Assembly: GCA_002633005.1 (NCBI GenBank)
Contig: NMRA01000212.1
Location: 1-64,000 of the forward strand
Reading direction: 5' to 3'
Length of the DNA stretch: 64,000 nt
Source of the DNA: Phoronis australis
Taxonomy: Eukaryota > Animalia > Phoronida
Part shown: positions 12,871 to 26,065 of the stretch, piece after piece
Position numbering within the stretch: the first letter of the stretch is position 1
Layout: each line of letters opens with the position of its first letter
Translations under genes and position numbers: made by a program
The notes under the pieces: generated by a model
What the model was told of the DNA's origin: nothing
The model's input: only the letters and a program-made list of their open reading frames with translations
The model's database searches: none

Positions 12871-15800
12871 AGGTATACAGAAGCTTCTCGCTGGTTCCCT
12901 ACGTGCCTAGCCAGCACGCAGGTATCACGCAGTGGCACGCGCTTTAGCATTGGTTGATGTAGCTTCAGCAATCATTGGTTAGCTTTACAACACCTTTAAA
13001 AAAGGCGGACTGTGAAGGCGATTCTTAGCCTTGACATGCAAGTGGCGTCGCGGCAACTATTTCGTTTCTGCAATGATGTTTAACAGCCGCGTGCTTGAAC
13101 TACATACATGTACAATAAACACGTATCTGGGCGATTTAACACGGTGCGATATTCATACTGTGTGAATACAGGACAGTATCGTAAACACTGAAAAGTCATC
13201 GACAGTAGAAAGATGCACTCCGAAAAGGCGCAACCACAATTTCTAGAATTCACATTTCCTGAACATAAATTTCAAGCACCGATTTGTCTGCCCAATAGAC
13301 CACTTTACACTTCAGTCCATCAGTCAGGCCAGTTTGTATGCGTAAAGCGCTGCCTGTTGATTGGTCACATGATTGAAGTTCACATACATGCGCAAATACA
13401 GTTCAACTCCGAAGAAAAAAATGACGGGATGAAAATAAGCGAAATGTTCCGGACGATCACGGCATTAGGTGTGCTATCGTCAACTTTCAGGATTTCCTTT
13501 TGGCGGCGTACGGCACACAATGACCTTATATGGTTCGTTTTACCGAGAGTGCTATCTCAATCAGGCAAAATCAGTCGTCCATGTTAACGATGCTGTCTCA
13601 GTACGCTCTCGAAACAGTTCACCGATTACGTTCCAGAGTCGCCACCAGCCGATACCACAGCTAGATTACAACGTACGCTACCGCACCAGCATCGTTCCTC
13701 AAAACCCCCAGCGAAGGACAGCTCTCCAAGCTCGCACTCAAATAACAGACGTAATTACACCATTCTCAAAATATCCAGACTTGTCAAACAATCGTTGGCA
13801 ACTGTACTTACACTCAGTTCATAGGCGGATTTAGGGGGGCTGCCCCCCTCCTCCCTTGGCTGCAGCAACGAAAATGAAACAGCAACAGCGTGAAGTGTGA
13901 GGAAATATTGAGTCCAGCAACTAGGACCGGCAGTGGATGAGGGGCGAGGCTCAGACTCTTAGTTAGCCATCGATACAAAGAAAAAGCAATTTTTTTTAAA
14001 TTACTGCAATCGAAGTTTTATTTCCATTGCAACCATACAGGTTTATGCGTCCAAGCAACACTGCAGCATTCACATAGATGACATTAATTTATGATCAAGC
14101 TCGGTTTTCGCTATTTTAGAGAAACCTGTACTTTCATTGCCGGACCCTATAGTGCCTATTTAAAAAATGGCTTGCTCACTTCGTCTGTTTCTCTACCACT
14201 GAATGCGCAGTCGGTACTCATGCTCAAAGACTCGAAGACTCCATTGTCTTCCTGTGACGCAGTAGATCAAGTGATAAGTCAATGCTTACACAGCCATCTT
14301 ACTGGTTCCCGGCGTGCCGCTAGGTGGTAGCCACCACGCAGGTATCACATAATTTTCCTTGGGAAATTTTTTTATACCGGCGTTTCTGATTGGCTGGTCG
14401 AATTCTCAACAGGCAGCACTTTACGCAAACAAACTGGCATGACTGGTGGAAGAAGTGTAAATGTGGTCTGCTGTACAGACAAATCGGTGCCTAAAATACT
14501 CAAAAAATGTGAATCCCAGAAAATCGTGGTAGCTCCTTTTCCGAGTCCATCTTTCTACTGTCGCTGACCTTTATTTACGTTGCTGTCCCGTATTCAAACA
14601 CTGTGAATAACACATAAGTTAAATCGGCCAGACGCGGCTATTAAACATTAGGCCTACTGCAGAAACGAAATAGTTACTGCTACGGCACTTGCATGACAAG
14701 GCTAAAATTCGTTCATAGTCCGCCATATTCCGACTTTGTTGTAAAGCTAACTAATGACTGCCGAGGTTACATCAACCAACAAAAAGACCAAAATCGCAAT
14801 ATTTTGGTCATCTTTTGGCTGGCATCTATTTTTTCCGATGTACTTAGCAAGGTAAAAAGACACGGGTTTGTTCAGTTTCATGTTTGAGGAACTCCATCGA
14901 CTGTGTTTTCTATAAGTTATGCCTTTTTCAGGTGTCGTGAGACAAGGTGCAAACGGGCTTTTATTGACCAAGACCAATAATAACGTCAAAATCAGTCACT
15001 CGAGCTATGGTCTTTGACAGCTTTATCATCCTAAGGCTAGGATCAAAGCAATACGACAAAAGCCCTCCTCATATTGCGGCGATTTGTTTTGATACGGGTC
15101 GGTTAAACTGGCCGAAGCCGGAAGCGATAGATTTGATTAATATCAGGCATCATAACACTAATAACCTGACGGAGGCTCACAGTGGAATCGGAATCTACAA
15201 TTACAGCCACAATTAGGGCACCCATAAAGGAAATTAATTCATATGTTGGTCCTGGCCAAGAGTGAGGCACATATACGTTGTATGTGTATAGAAACGTTTA
15301 AAACACAATACTGGAGAGGTTTCGCAAAGCGACGTGAACGTGAATTATCACGCTTTTATAATACCGCGTTATACATTCCATTTTTGGCTGTGGTGAGTAT
15401 TTTACGCGAATACATAGATTCACGTCGCGTGTGGCCCGGCCCTTTTTAATTATTTGATAAGACATCGAAAAGATTTTTATTTTGAAATGAATCTCAATCT
15501 TTCACCTTTGCTTCAGTATAAAATGAATACGATTCTTTTGTCTATAAATGTTCTTAAAGTTTATTTGCAAGAAAGGCAACACTTTTTCCAAAATCCTTAT
15601 TCTGCCGGGGTTTGCTGGGTATCATCGAACTAGAATGGGTTTTTACGAAACATGATTTTGTGTTGTTATTCTTTTAAATTCTTAATTTACATGCATCTAT
15701 TTATTTGAAACTCCTCAATTAATAAATGTCGAATTCTAAGAGTTGGCCATTTTTCCCAACAATTCGTAGAAACGATTTTTTTCATATTCAACATACATTT

Positions 15801-16014
15801 CTATCTAGTGGATATGTACTACGATAACTGGAGACCATGAGCTCACTTATTTAGTTCACGTTTACTTTCACGTTCGCGTAAAACTTTAGCTTTTTTGAAA
15901 AACCTATTTTTGTTACTGTTACGTGAATCGGCACACAATTAAGTGTGCATCATAAGTCACTTCACCTCTCTTTGCGAAACCTCTAGTATATGTTATATAA
16001 CGCACGTGATAAAT

Positions 16015-16869
16015 ATAGATTATTACATGGCGAAGTCGTTATCCCCCGTTATCTAGAGCCCGACTGGATTTCGGAGAATTGTCGCTCGAGGGGCGTTAGC
16101 CCCGAGGGTGATAATTCTCCAAAATCCACGAGGGCTCTAGATAAGGGGGATAACGACTGAGAACATGTAATAATCTATTTATACCACATACTGAACGAGA
16201 AACATTGCAATGAATCGATCTACCTTTCTGAACTCGCCTCGGCTTTGTAACTACTTTCTATATCAGAGGCCCGGGGTCGGAGGTCGTGACCATTTAAGAA
16301 AAGCCGAGCTATTTTTGTCAAATAATGTTTATACTCAAAACCAATTGAAAATTTAAACAAAATACAAATAAAGTGAATCTATAAATTAAGGTTTAGCAAC
16401 TATTATAGCTTACTACACATTTTATCACGCTAAGCTTCGAAAGGGAATATATCGTCTGCTAAAGTAGGTTACCAATAGTAACTGAGTATAATGCTCAAGT
16501 CAAAGGATCCCGACGACACGATACCCGCATTCAAATTGGAGATCGGTGATTTACAAGTGAGAGAACACGAGAGAAAAATTTCACTGAATTAAATTATCGT
16601 TTTTATGGAAATTATGCGTTTTATTTTTCATAGCGTATAAATGTCGGTGCAATGCCCTTTGCGCGTGCTCATTCAAGTATTCTATTTTCACGTTCGATGA
16701 CGTCAGCCGCTGAGTGGTGTAGTGGTAAAGTCGGCGACTCGAAACGCTTGAGGCCCGGGTTCGAATCCGGCCTCGGTTTCCCGCCAAAATGTTCTCTGTC
16801 ACTAGTGAGATAACTTTAGGGGTTATTACACGGTTGTATCTGCCATTCGAAGCTGATATTGTGGTATAA
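16015..16869. mobile_element. Hairpin-headed non-autonomous element containing a tRNA-like segment
   Basis: 164-nt palindrome at 16015-16178; ttataccaca (16179-16188) / tgtggtataa (16860-16869) inverted pair; A/B-box segment inside. Confidence 0.55.
16709..16777 (+). pseudogene. tRNA-like / SINE-head sequence (Pol III A and B boxes)
   Basis: A box TGGTGTAGTGG and B box GGTTCGAATCC at tRNA spacing, but D, anticodon and T stems do not pair canonically. Confidence 0.6.
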
Positions 16870-19800
16870 CTGTGGGTTATTATACCGAGATATATGCAAG
16901 CCGATTTAAGCGACGACGAACATATTTATCTTATCCTATAGGCGTGATTGTATGGCCATGAAATACGGGTCGTATTTTGAGGTTTGATATAGAAGAACTA
17001 CTTTTTCGTATTCAACGCTCGTCAAAACTCCCTCCTGAGCACACAGCACTCTTCAAATGTGATTATATATGGCATCACTTTGCGTTCAGCTCCGTTCGCA
17101 ATATTTTCACATGCCAATACTACAATGTGAGTTCTGAAAACTAAACAAAAAAGTGTATTTAAAATAATGTTGTCAATGTTTCTTAATATATCGTAAACTT
17201 TTGCACATGACCAGAACACTTAAATCACAAAAAATCTCAAACTTGCCACAATATATTTGGGATTAGGAAAGCAATATACATTACCAATGCATGCCTCCTT
17301 TTGGTCACCTATTGCACTACATTAGCTGAGGTTCTTTACGGTCAAATGTGAGTCAATTTTTAAATTCGTTCTCAAAACAATCAAAATACGTCGAGCACAA
17401 AAGCAAAACTGCAACTTTTGTAAACACTGTATTTTTTACGATAAATTTCGGAATACTTTCTACCTAAAAATGATGAGAACGGCGCAAGGAGTATTTTTAA
17501 GAAGCGTCTGAACGTGCATCAGCCCCAACGACTGGGTGTCCTGCACAGATATACTCAACGAAGTCAAGAAAATCGTCAGAAATGTAAGCAAACTTTAGCT
17601 TAGAAATAGATTTAGCTAAATGCAAATAGCAGATATGCACCCGAAGCCTGTAGCTGCTGTAAAATACAACTTGACTGCCGTGTCATGTAAACTACAAAAA
17701 AATTCATTCATAAAAAATTTGCTTCGCCCTTGTTCAAATACGTTTGCATATCACGAATCTCGATATAATTTTCACTGGAACAAACACGTGCGTTGTATAA
17801 CCTATATATACATATTGCGTGACCTATTTTTAAGACGCGCATTTACACGTATCTTCACAGGACTAAGAAGTAGCATCTGTTTATATGTCGTTGCGGAATT
17901 GCGAAGAAATTTGAACTCATAAAGTGTGCGTTTATTCCATATAAAATAGCAACAGTTACAAACTAATCAACACATGGAACAAACTAACATGAAATAACGA
18001 ATTAAGAGACAAATAGCCTTCTGCTACTTGTACTACAGGACCGGCAGTAGGTTGAGCACTGAGGCGATCAGAACAAGATGTTGTGTAAAAGAAAAGTATG
18101 TCATAATATAAACTTGTTATAACTATTAACGATTTTATTTGCTTATATTGACTAAATACAACACGTAGTATTTATTTACCAAAGCAACGACTCATTCATT
18201 ACTAGTTGGCCAAATGAACCAACTGCATCGTTTAGATTGCGCGTTTGCGTACCTTAAAAACACTATTTTCACCACAATTTTCATCAAGTTTGTTGAAATT
18301 AAAATTTAGTTGTTATTTGAAATGTTTATGATTTGTGTTCAGTTGTCATTTGTAAAGTGTTTTTCAATTATTGGAGACATTTTATAACAGTAAACAAACG
18401 TAAGATGTGAGGGTACTAAAGATGTTTTCAAATAAATATCGTAGTTCCTATGAATTTAGTCGTCGACCAAATACCGCAATCCTTACGGCATCTCTAGAGA
18501 TGATAACGGTTATCTTCTCTAGAGACTACACCAAAGAGTACTTCTGACGTATTTCACGATTTGATAACACAGTTACTTCACGGCCGTATCATTACCTATG
18601 TATGATAATACGCTATGTTATTCAGAAGACACAAAATCAGGTCATGCACAATGCGTGGTGCGAAAAACATTTAAGCGAGTTAGACGCAATTTCAATTTAT
18701 CGTTGAATAAAAAATCTTTGCTGTACTTTGGTCTTTGTTTACTATAAATTTGAAAAAATGGGGTTTCTTGTATTAGCTTGTCCTTTGCAATTGCCTGTAA
18801 AGACACGTCTCACTGGCAAAACGTGAATTTACAAGAGTTAATGAAAAGACACTTTTAGTTAAATTAATAATTGAAATGGTTTTGAAAACGGACTAATTTC
18901 GTTTCCCAATGTCAGTTTTATGTTTTAACGGCTTTAATCATGTTTTTAGGATTAGTGATTTTCTTAAGCATTCGAAAGAAGACGAGGTTTTCATGATATC
19001 CATTATTTTGAATTTTAACGATTTGTACGAAGAAATAGTTTGCGTAAGTAACATTTCTCCAAGCGAACTGCTATCGACTGAACGACTGAGTAACGTGACT
19101 GCAGCAAAGTTATTGCTAATGGTGCATTTAAATTGAGTTTAAATAAATTGATGATGTTGTATATGGGCCGCAGGCATTTGTACTTCGAATAAACTGAGCT
19201 GTGATCAAAAACTGATTGCTTTTTATTCAATATGCGCGCATAGATGCACTACTTTAATAAAGAATCCCTATGGTGGTTGAAGACATTCTGGCTGTTCAGG
19301 GACATAAAACACCAGAAATGGAACATGTCCATATTTTGTGACAGGCATGTCACTGCAACTAGCTCTGGTGTACACTGTATCCAAAAATGTAGGACGGGTA
19401 CGAGGAATGCGCACGGTCGATAAGGCGTAAAAATATGCTTGTTAGAGAAATTGTTATGAATTGATGGGACCATTTCACATAGAATGTCTCCAATAAAAAC
19501 AAAACGAGACGGGACTTGTAATGGTCTTGTAACGCTTCGAATGGAACTCTTCACTATTTTAATGTTACATTTAAAACTAGAAAATTTGAATAAACTCCAC
19601 AACAAAATGTTTGATATTTCCTGGCTGCAGTGCCCCGAATTCATTGTGGGTGGGGACGAATAACATTGATAACCAAAAAGTTATAGTTCAGGTTCCCCAC
19701 ACAAAAGCCTTCAATTTCAGGATTGAACTTACCTTGATGAGTTCATGCTGAACTTGACCAAAAAACAGTTTAGTTCGAGTTTGCCAAATTAGATATTTTA

Positions 19801-21410
19801 TTTCGAGCTCTACCAGAGTAATTCTCAGTCATAGGAGCTACTAAGTGCATCTGGACAATGAGAAATAGGTTCTATTTAGTCTGAAAATATGTTTGAAAGG
19901 AGTTTAGTTACGAAAATAGGCTTTACTGAATGTGGCTGAACTATAAAGAAACACGGGTTTTGCCTTCAAGAAGTATTTACTAGTCTGATTATCAATTTAG
20001 ATGAAGCAGTCAGTAACTAAAGTACTCGCGCGATTTGTGTAAGTAATGCTTGGACATGTGCATGTAATCTTGTGGCGCTTGACGTGATGTCTCCCAGAGG
20101 TTTGTGTGACCTTGACGACCTTGAAATGAACTTGCGTTACCGGTGAACACAACCCTGGACCAGCGTTATTGACCTCTTAAAAAATTTGCCCTTGCCGCCT
20201 AAACGGGTACAATTTTTGTTTGTTTCAGGGTCTAGTCCCGGGGAGTACTCTTAGAATGGGTATACGGCTATTTCATGATAAGTTTCCTTACGAAAGGGCC
20301 CCTCTCCTGACAGAAGACTCTACGGAAGGGTGACCTGTTCCGAATGTACAGTCTGTAAAAAATCGCTTTGGGAGTTCGAAACTCTATAAAAGGCTCCTTT
20401 CCAACTACACAACAGAAAGGTATTAAATATTTTATATATTTTTTAAACCTTTGGTAGCAAAATGTGCTTATTTTGACAACGTATCCTCTCTTCTTGAATC
20501 ACTTGGGGTTAGGATTTGCCCCCACTAAAGGTGAGTGTTTTTAAAACAAAACTCTATGGAAGGTAACTTTTTCACGGAGCCCCATACAAATGCTTCCTTG
20601 TTTCTAATCCTCTTTTCAGTGTTATGTAGAATCTTATTCCTTAGTCTGTGCATTTAGTAAAATATCTAAAAAAGTGTAGATTTTAACTCTGTAATATATT
20701 TTCTGAAAGTAGAAAGCCTGTAGAATTTGATTTTTGTCTTCTTAGCAACCTGCTATTAGTAGGGTCACGTGACCGTGTCTTTTGCCTAAAATTTAGCAAA
20801 AATGAAATGTACACAATGATACAAATAACAGAATCAATAACATGATCAAATTATATTTGATATAAATGTTCAAGGTGAGATATCAAATACAAAATATCGC
20901 TTTCGTTTTATGCCGATGGAAAAAAAGTCCTGTTTTGATGGCACCTCATGGAAAAGTGAAAATTTTTAATAACAATTCCTCACAGAGTTTTTGAAAACAG
21001 TGCATAAAGAATAGTATCTAATGAGTGTTCTAATATTTAGCTCTTTGCAACACCCGTCAAAATATAATCGAGTACAACGTGTTGTCTACGTTCAAGTCGA
21101 GCTATAAGCTAATCCATGTAAAAACGTGCGTCTTATCGCCACTCTGGTCCATCATAAGTTTCAGTACGATATGCACTTAGACAACGTAATAATATGTTAT
21201 TCATAATGCAAACGTTTCTTATTTTTTATAGTTAATTTGTGGCGAACTTGAGGTCAGTTAGCGTTATCCTCTCCTTCGCTTGCCCACCACAACATTAATT
21301 GATAAGAGCCATCAACAAATTATGACCCTTCCTATATAGTAACTGATTGAACAATCATTTGTCATAGTCATGATTGGTCTACCGACAGACTAGTCGACTC
21401 AAAACTCCCA

Positions 21411-21654
21411 TAATGCCTCGGTCACTTAGAGCTTCCGATGCAGATCCGATGAGTTTGACTGAGGCAGAAAAATGGTCATAGCGACCGGCAGTCGGATGAT
21501 TATAGGAGCCACCCACAGGCAGTTACGAGAGTCAAAAATCGCCAAACAGAACTATTGCTCCGATAAAAACATCGCACCAACATGCTAGACATCGGGATAC
21601 AGCTTAAAATCGGCGGGATCGGCCGAACATAGCCGATATGTGATCAAAGCATTA
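21411..21654. mobile_element. Degenerate MITE (PIF/Harbinger-like, TAA..TTA ends)
   Basis: taatgcctcggtcac / gtgatcaaagcatta imperfect TIRs; internal ccgat/atcgg sub-repeats. Confidence 0.5.
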
Positions 21655-22684
21655 CGAAGGAGTTACATCAAATAGTTAAAAAGAGGTAATATACCCTTGA
21701 GTGTTCCGTTGAAGAAAACAAATTTCGACTTGGATCAATTATAAAATTGGTCTCAGCATGTTCCTTACGGGGATGAGAATTCAATTTTTGGCTTTACGAA
21801 GAACTTACAATTCTTTATTTCTCGAGACCATACTCGGCGAATAAACTGACAACTTGATAAATCAACTTGTTGACATTTATCTACAGACATAATGAATTGT
21901 AATCTCATTCTAAATTCAGATAGCACTCCTAGTTTGAATAAGGAACAATTTGAGACTAATTTCACAACGGCAAGTCATCTAGAAAAAGAATTGTTCAGTG
22001 ACGAATGCAGGGTTTATTGCCGCGTTAAAGTTCTTTTCTAAATGACAATTATGAACCTGAAATTGCAATTTCATGATTTTGTGATGACTGACACCGCTGA
22101 ATTGCTAAAAAAGTTTGATTTTTAGCACATACATTGTTCTAAAGCTTGGTTTAATGTTCGTGTATGATAATTTAAATTTCCGATGAAATTTTTTTACGGC
22201 CGGGAGTGAGAGACAGTCATGGCATGAGCATCAGCTGTCGTAACCCGGGGGAAGGCTTGGGATACGGCATTGTTGTCATCAATTATGTATGTCCCTGCTC
22301 GTTGCAAGAACCACCATGGGTAAAGAATGGTCCCCACATGTATGCGTATAAAGTAGTCAGCAAAAGCAATCGTACAAGCGTCACCTGACAACTCCTCTTA
22401 AGGAAACATGGACGGAAGATAACAAAATGCCCTTGATTATAGTCTAGAAGTTCGAATGCTGCACTGACAAACGGCTGGACACAGGTTCAAATCCCACTGT
22501 GTATCAAAAAAAATGCAATCCCGAAAAGTGCTAAGCATTGACCACCATGTGTACCCATGATACGCGCGCTCGTTTTTCTGAGGACGCTGTCAGTAACACC
22601 TGAAGATGACCGCGACCGAAAAGTCGTGCCAATGTAAATAGAAGAGATGCTCATATTAGAAATCATGATGAATAATATACTTAC

Positions 22685-22955
22685 AGTTAACGCACGGATC
22701 CACACTAGGTGAAGGCTCTTTGCCACCTTGAGCACCCGATGCAGGCGCCTGTGGCGCAGCACACTGGCATACACAGGGCGAGCCGCCTCCTGCGAAGTGA
22801 ACTAGTATTCCCACTCCCACAGCAATGGCAATTGCCAAAAGTGCCAGGACGAAGCCGATGGCTGTACTAACATGGCAGCCACTGGATCGCTTACCGGAAC
22901 CCATTATTTCAGTACCACTGGAAATATCAGACAATTCAAAATTGTCGCTACCCAT
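22685..22955 (-). CDS. ANPEP: First coding exon (cytosolic tail, type II TM anchor, Cys-containing stalk) of a downstream APN-like gene copy
   Basis: ATG at 22955; MGSDNFELSD...KRSSGCHVSTAIGFVLALLAIAIAVGVGILVHF...CVCQC...DPCVN; donor T|GTAAGT in phase 1, matching the phase-1 acceptor of exon 2 at 57439 (T+GC = Cys). Confidence 0.85.
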
Positions 22956-22981
22956 CCGGACTTCAGGTGAGAATCCCGCCT

Positions 22982-23139
22982 ACTGACTAAACGCTCTCCG
23001 TGGATTACCTTATCAATATACAGGGGATTCTTGCGGACGAAAACGTTATCTGCAACCCCATCAGTCGATGAACTTCGGACCATGCCGTTTAACCAATAAA
23101 CTTACATTCATCAATTTCAAAAACACATTACAATTATCT
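22982..23139 (-). promoter_or_regulatory. Candidate core promoter of the downstream APN copy (Inr-like TCAGT, TATA-like element, GATA sites)
   Basis: Minus strand reads TATATTGATAAGG (23020-23008) about 30 nt upstream of TCAGT (22986-22982). Further WGATAR sites at 23046-23051 and 23134-23139. Confidence 0.35.
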
Positions 23140-26065
23140 AAAATTAGTTACATATATGCATTCAAATTCAGTGTTTGGTTACATGTCTAAACAGATATGT
23201 GTTTAACAATAACTACGGATTACGCGACTGCTCATCTCTGGTTTCGGCTGTTTAGGGCAGTTCGTGGCGCGAAATGGCGAAACGAATTGTTGTACACGGG
23301 TTATGATTGGGTAATAATCGTGAACACTAACGGCATGTGATGTGCAGAAATGTTGCTAATGGTAACTAACGAGTCATATGAAGATGTCGGCAGGTGAGGA
23401 AGACAAGTCTTAGAACTACACCTACGGCGATATGGGCCAAGATCTGTGTGCTGCGTCTTTTCACGAATTCGGCATGAGTAATGCGGACTCGACACCAGTG
23501 ACGACAATATCAAAGGACAAAAGAGAAACAAATTTAGCTCTAAGATGTTCATAACACTTTTGAAAACTGATACTGTGATATCAAAGAAATTGAAAAGGTG
23601 ATTATGAAGAGCTATGTACGAATTCATCATGATGCAATCAACACGCCATGGAGTGCAGTTTTTAAATGTATTTCTGGCGAATTCGTACAGTAATTTTGAG
23701 GCTAGAGACGACTAGAAATCTTTAAGACTATCCATACTTGACGAGTGCGTAGTCTGTAGTTACTAACTTGTATACCACCAAGATATGTAAACAAGCAGAA
23801 ATACTAAAAGCGGACACTTGGAATTCATATTTGCAAATTATCTCCTGGTCTGTGTAAGTATACAATGTTACTGTAACTGTAATTTGTGTTGAATACGTGC
23901 GCCAACGCTTCTGTCGCAAGTAATTATGTGTAACGAAATCAAATCAAGCTTTATTTTTGAATTGTTAAAGAGTTTTACCAATGAAGAGCGCGAGTTTACG
24001 AATTAATGTGCGCAGTGCAGGACATCACACCAAGGCTAGTTATAGTCTGCGTACAAATTCCAAATAACATTACACCGAGTACCAATCTAAAAGCGAAGTA
24101 GGTTTTAGACGGTGTACGCTACCCACTGGAACAAAATTCACTTTCATGACATCAGAAGACACGTTGAATTTAGTGGACATAATGGGAGGCAAAATTGTAA
24201 TTTCTCGACATCGAGACGAGACCAAGATCCCTACACGTTCAGACGTCTGCAACATTACGTTGACTTCTATGTGTACGTTTAGTAGCTTTGATGTTATGTA
24301 CCAATTGGCTTCTTTCAGATCTGTAAACCGCCTGTAGGATGCGCAATTTAGCGGAAAGGGACCGAAATCTGCACACCTGTTGAACACTTTAGAGTGGGTC
24401 TGTTCAGCCAACTAGTTCTAAAGTTGTGTAGTTTTTCGGCAAGGCACCTCACACAACGCAACTACCACCCGTCACACTATCTCTAACAAGTCAAATATTT
24501 GAATTGAAGTCTTTAACCTAAAACTCTTTTAACAGATTAGCCGGTAAACGGATCAGCCCCCAAACCAAACTTTCCTGGTACATATCTCCTTCGTGCAAAT
24601 GTCTGTTTCGATAAACTTTACCTAAAACCGTTGTGAAATTAATTGTCGTTTAACGAATATCTTGAAGACAACCGAAATGGTTGATCATCTGTTACTTCGC
24701 AAAAAATCAGTTGCAAAATTTGTCACTGACTAAAACAAATTAAAGTTTACGAGTGTACGGGACTTAGGCAGCTGGGACGGATTGCAAAAACTTAATCTTG
24801 GATAACAACAATGGACACCGCATCATCACGCGTCACGTTGCTATTGTTGAAGAGTGCACTTGATGTCACGGGACACACAGCAGTTTTATGCAACCCAGCC
24901 TGTACAATAAACCAGAGTAATAAAATCATGGCAATACCGCCACTGACCGACGTAGACCTTTCGTAATTTTATTCGCGAAATAAAATTGCATGGTCTCTTT
25001 ATGTGCTAAATAAGCGAAGATTTGCCAAAATAGAAGATACGGTTGCCGGACGCAGTCAAAAATCCCCTGTTGCCGGAGTGATATTAATTTTTGACCCATA
25101 AAATTGGACATGCGGCATTGATTACCTTGGTTCCATGGGTAAAAGATGAGCACCTTCGACGACGATGTTGCTTCAGCGATACTAAAAGGTGCATCTGCCA
25201 AGAGTGCGTTCCGTAACCCCTAAAACACCCGCGGGTTGTCCAGTAATGTCATGTATTATGACGTAAGTACAACAAAATAATAATAAAAAACAAGACTTTG
25301 CAAGATGGGCATAGGCAGAAAGGCCATGACGATGACATTTAGAGAATATTGACGTGGCCTTTTGCCTTCGAAAATATTCCAATCATTAAATCAATTGTTA
25401 CCATCTACAAATATTTTGAAAGGTAGCAAGATTTAAAACCAAATTCAGCTGTTTAGCGACTTTCCTACGAAAGGCCGTTAGTTCGAAGTTTGTGATAAAA
25501 CACAAGCAATGCGGAGCGTTTAAATGCGCCCAAGAATGTACCGCAAACCGTATGCTTCTAAGGGTATTTATTATTATAATAAAATAGCCATTAGATGACG
25601 CAGAATACTTCGAACGCTTTCGAAAATGGAAATGTGTTGTCGTCTCCCGAATGGAAAGCTATTCGCTAAATTTTATGAAAATCAGTCACGGATTGCACAG
25701 GCGGACGTGAAACAAACAACTTGTCGTTATGAAGTGAAGCTGCAGACCGACCCGTCCAAGTGTATGCTTGCCACTCACACGTCAGAAAATGGGAACGCGC
25801 AGTTGTCTCTCGAATACAAAAAGTATTTGTCAAACTTCATCCGTCAAGGAACTCGAAAGGCACAAACAGACACATAGCAGTAGTCGGATCCGTCAATCTG
25901 GTCAAGTTAATGATTATGGGCCTGCATGTACGTATGTGGGTGCATATTAGCGTCGTCTCTGTCTGGACGTCCAGTGGGCGCTGCTGTATCTCCTCATGAA
26001 GGTTGGCACATTTGTTGCTATGGACCTGACTACGAATGTCCGTCTGATCCTGCCCTTGTGGTAAT

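Noticed and set aside
16709-16777. Functional tRNA gene
   Set aside because: Cloverleaf stems do not pair properly; treated as a tRNA-derived repeat.
18900-19644. Possible CR1/L2-like LINE remnant or 131-aa gene
   Set aside because: Only faint resemblance; no diagnostic RT or endonuclease motif could be read.
22194-22391. ORF or exon just inside intron 1 of the downstream copy
   Set aside because: Weak splice signals and no APN-like sequence.
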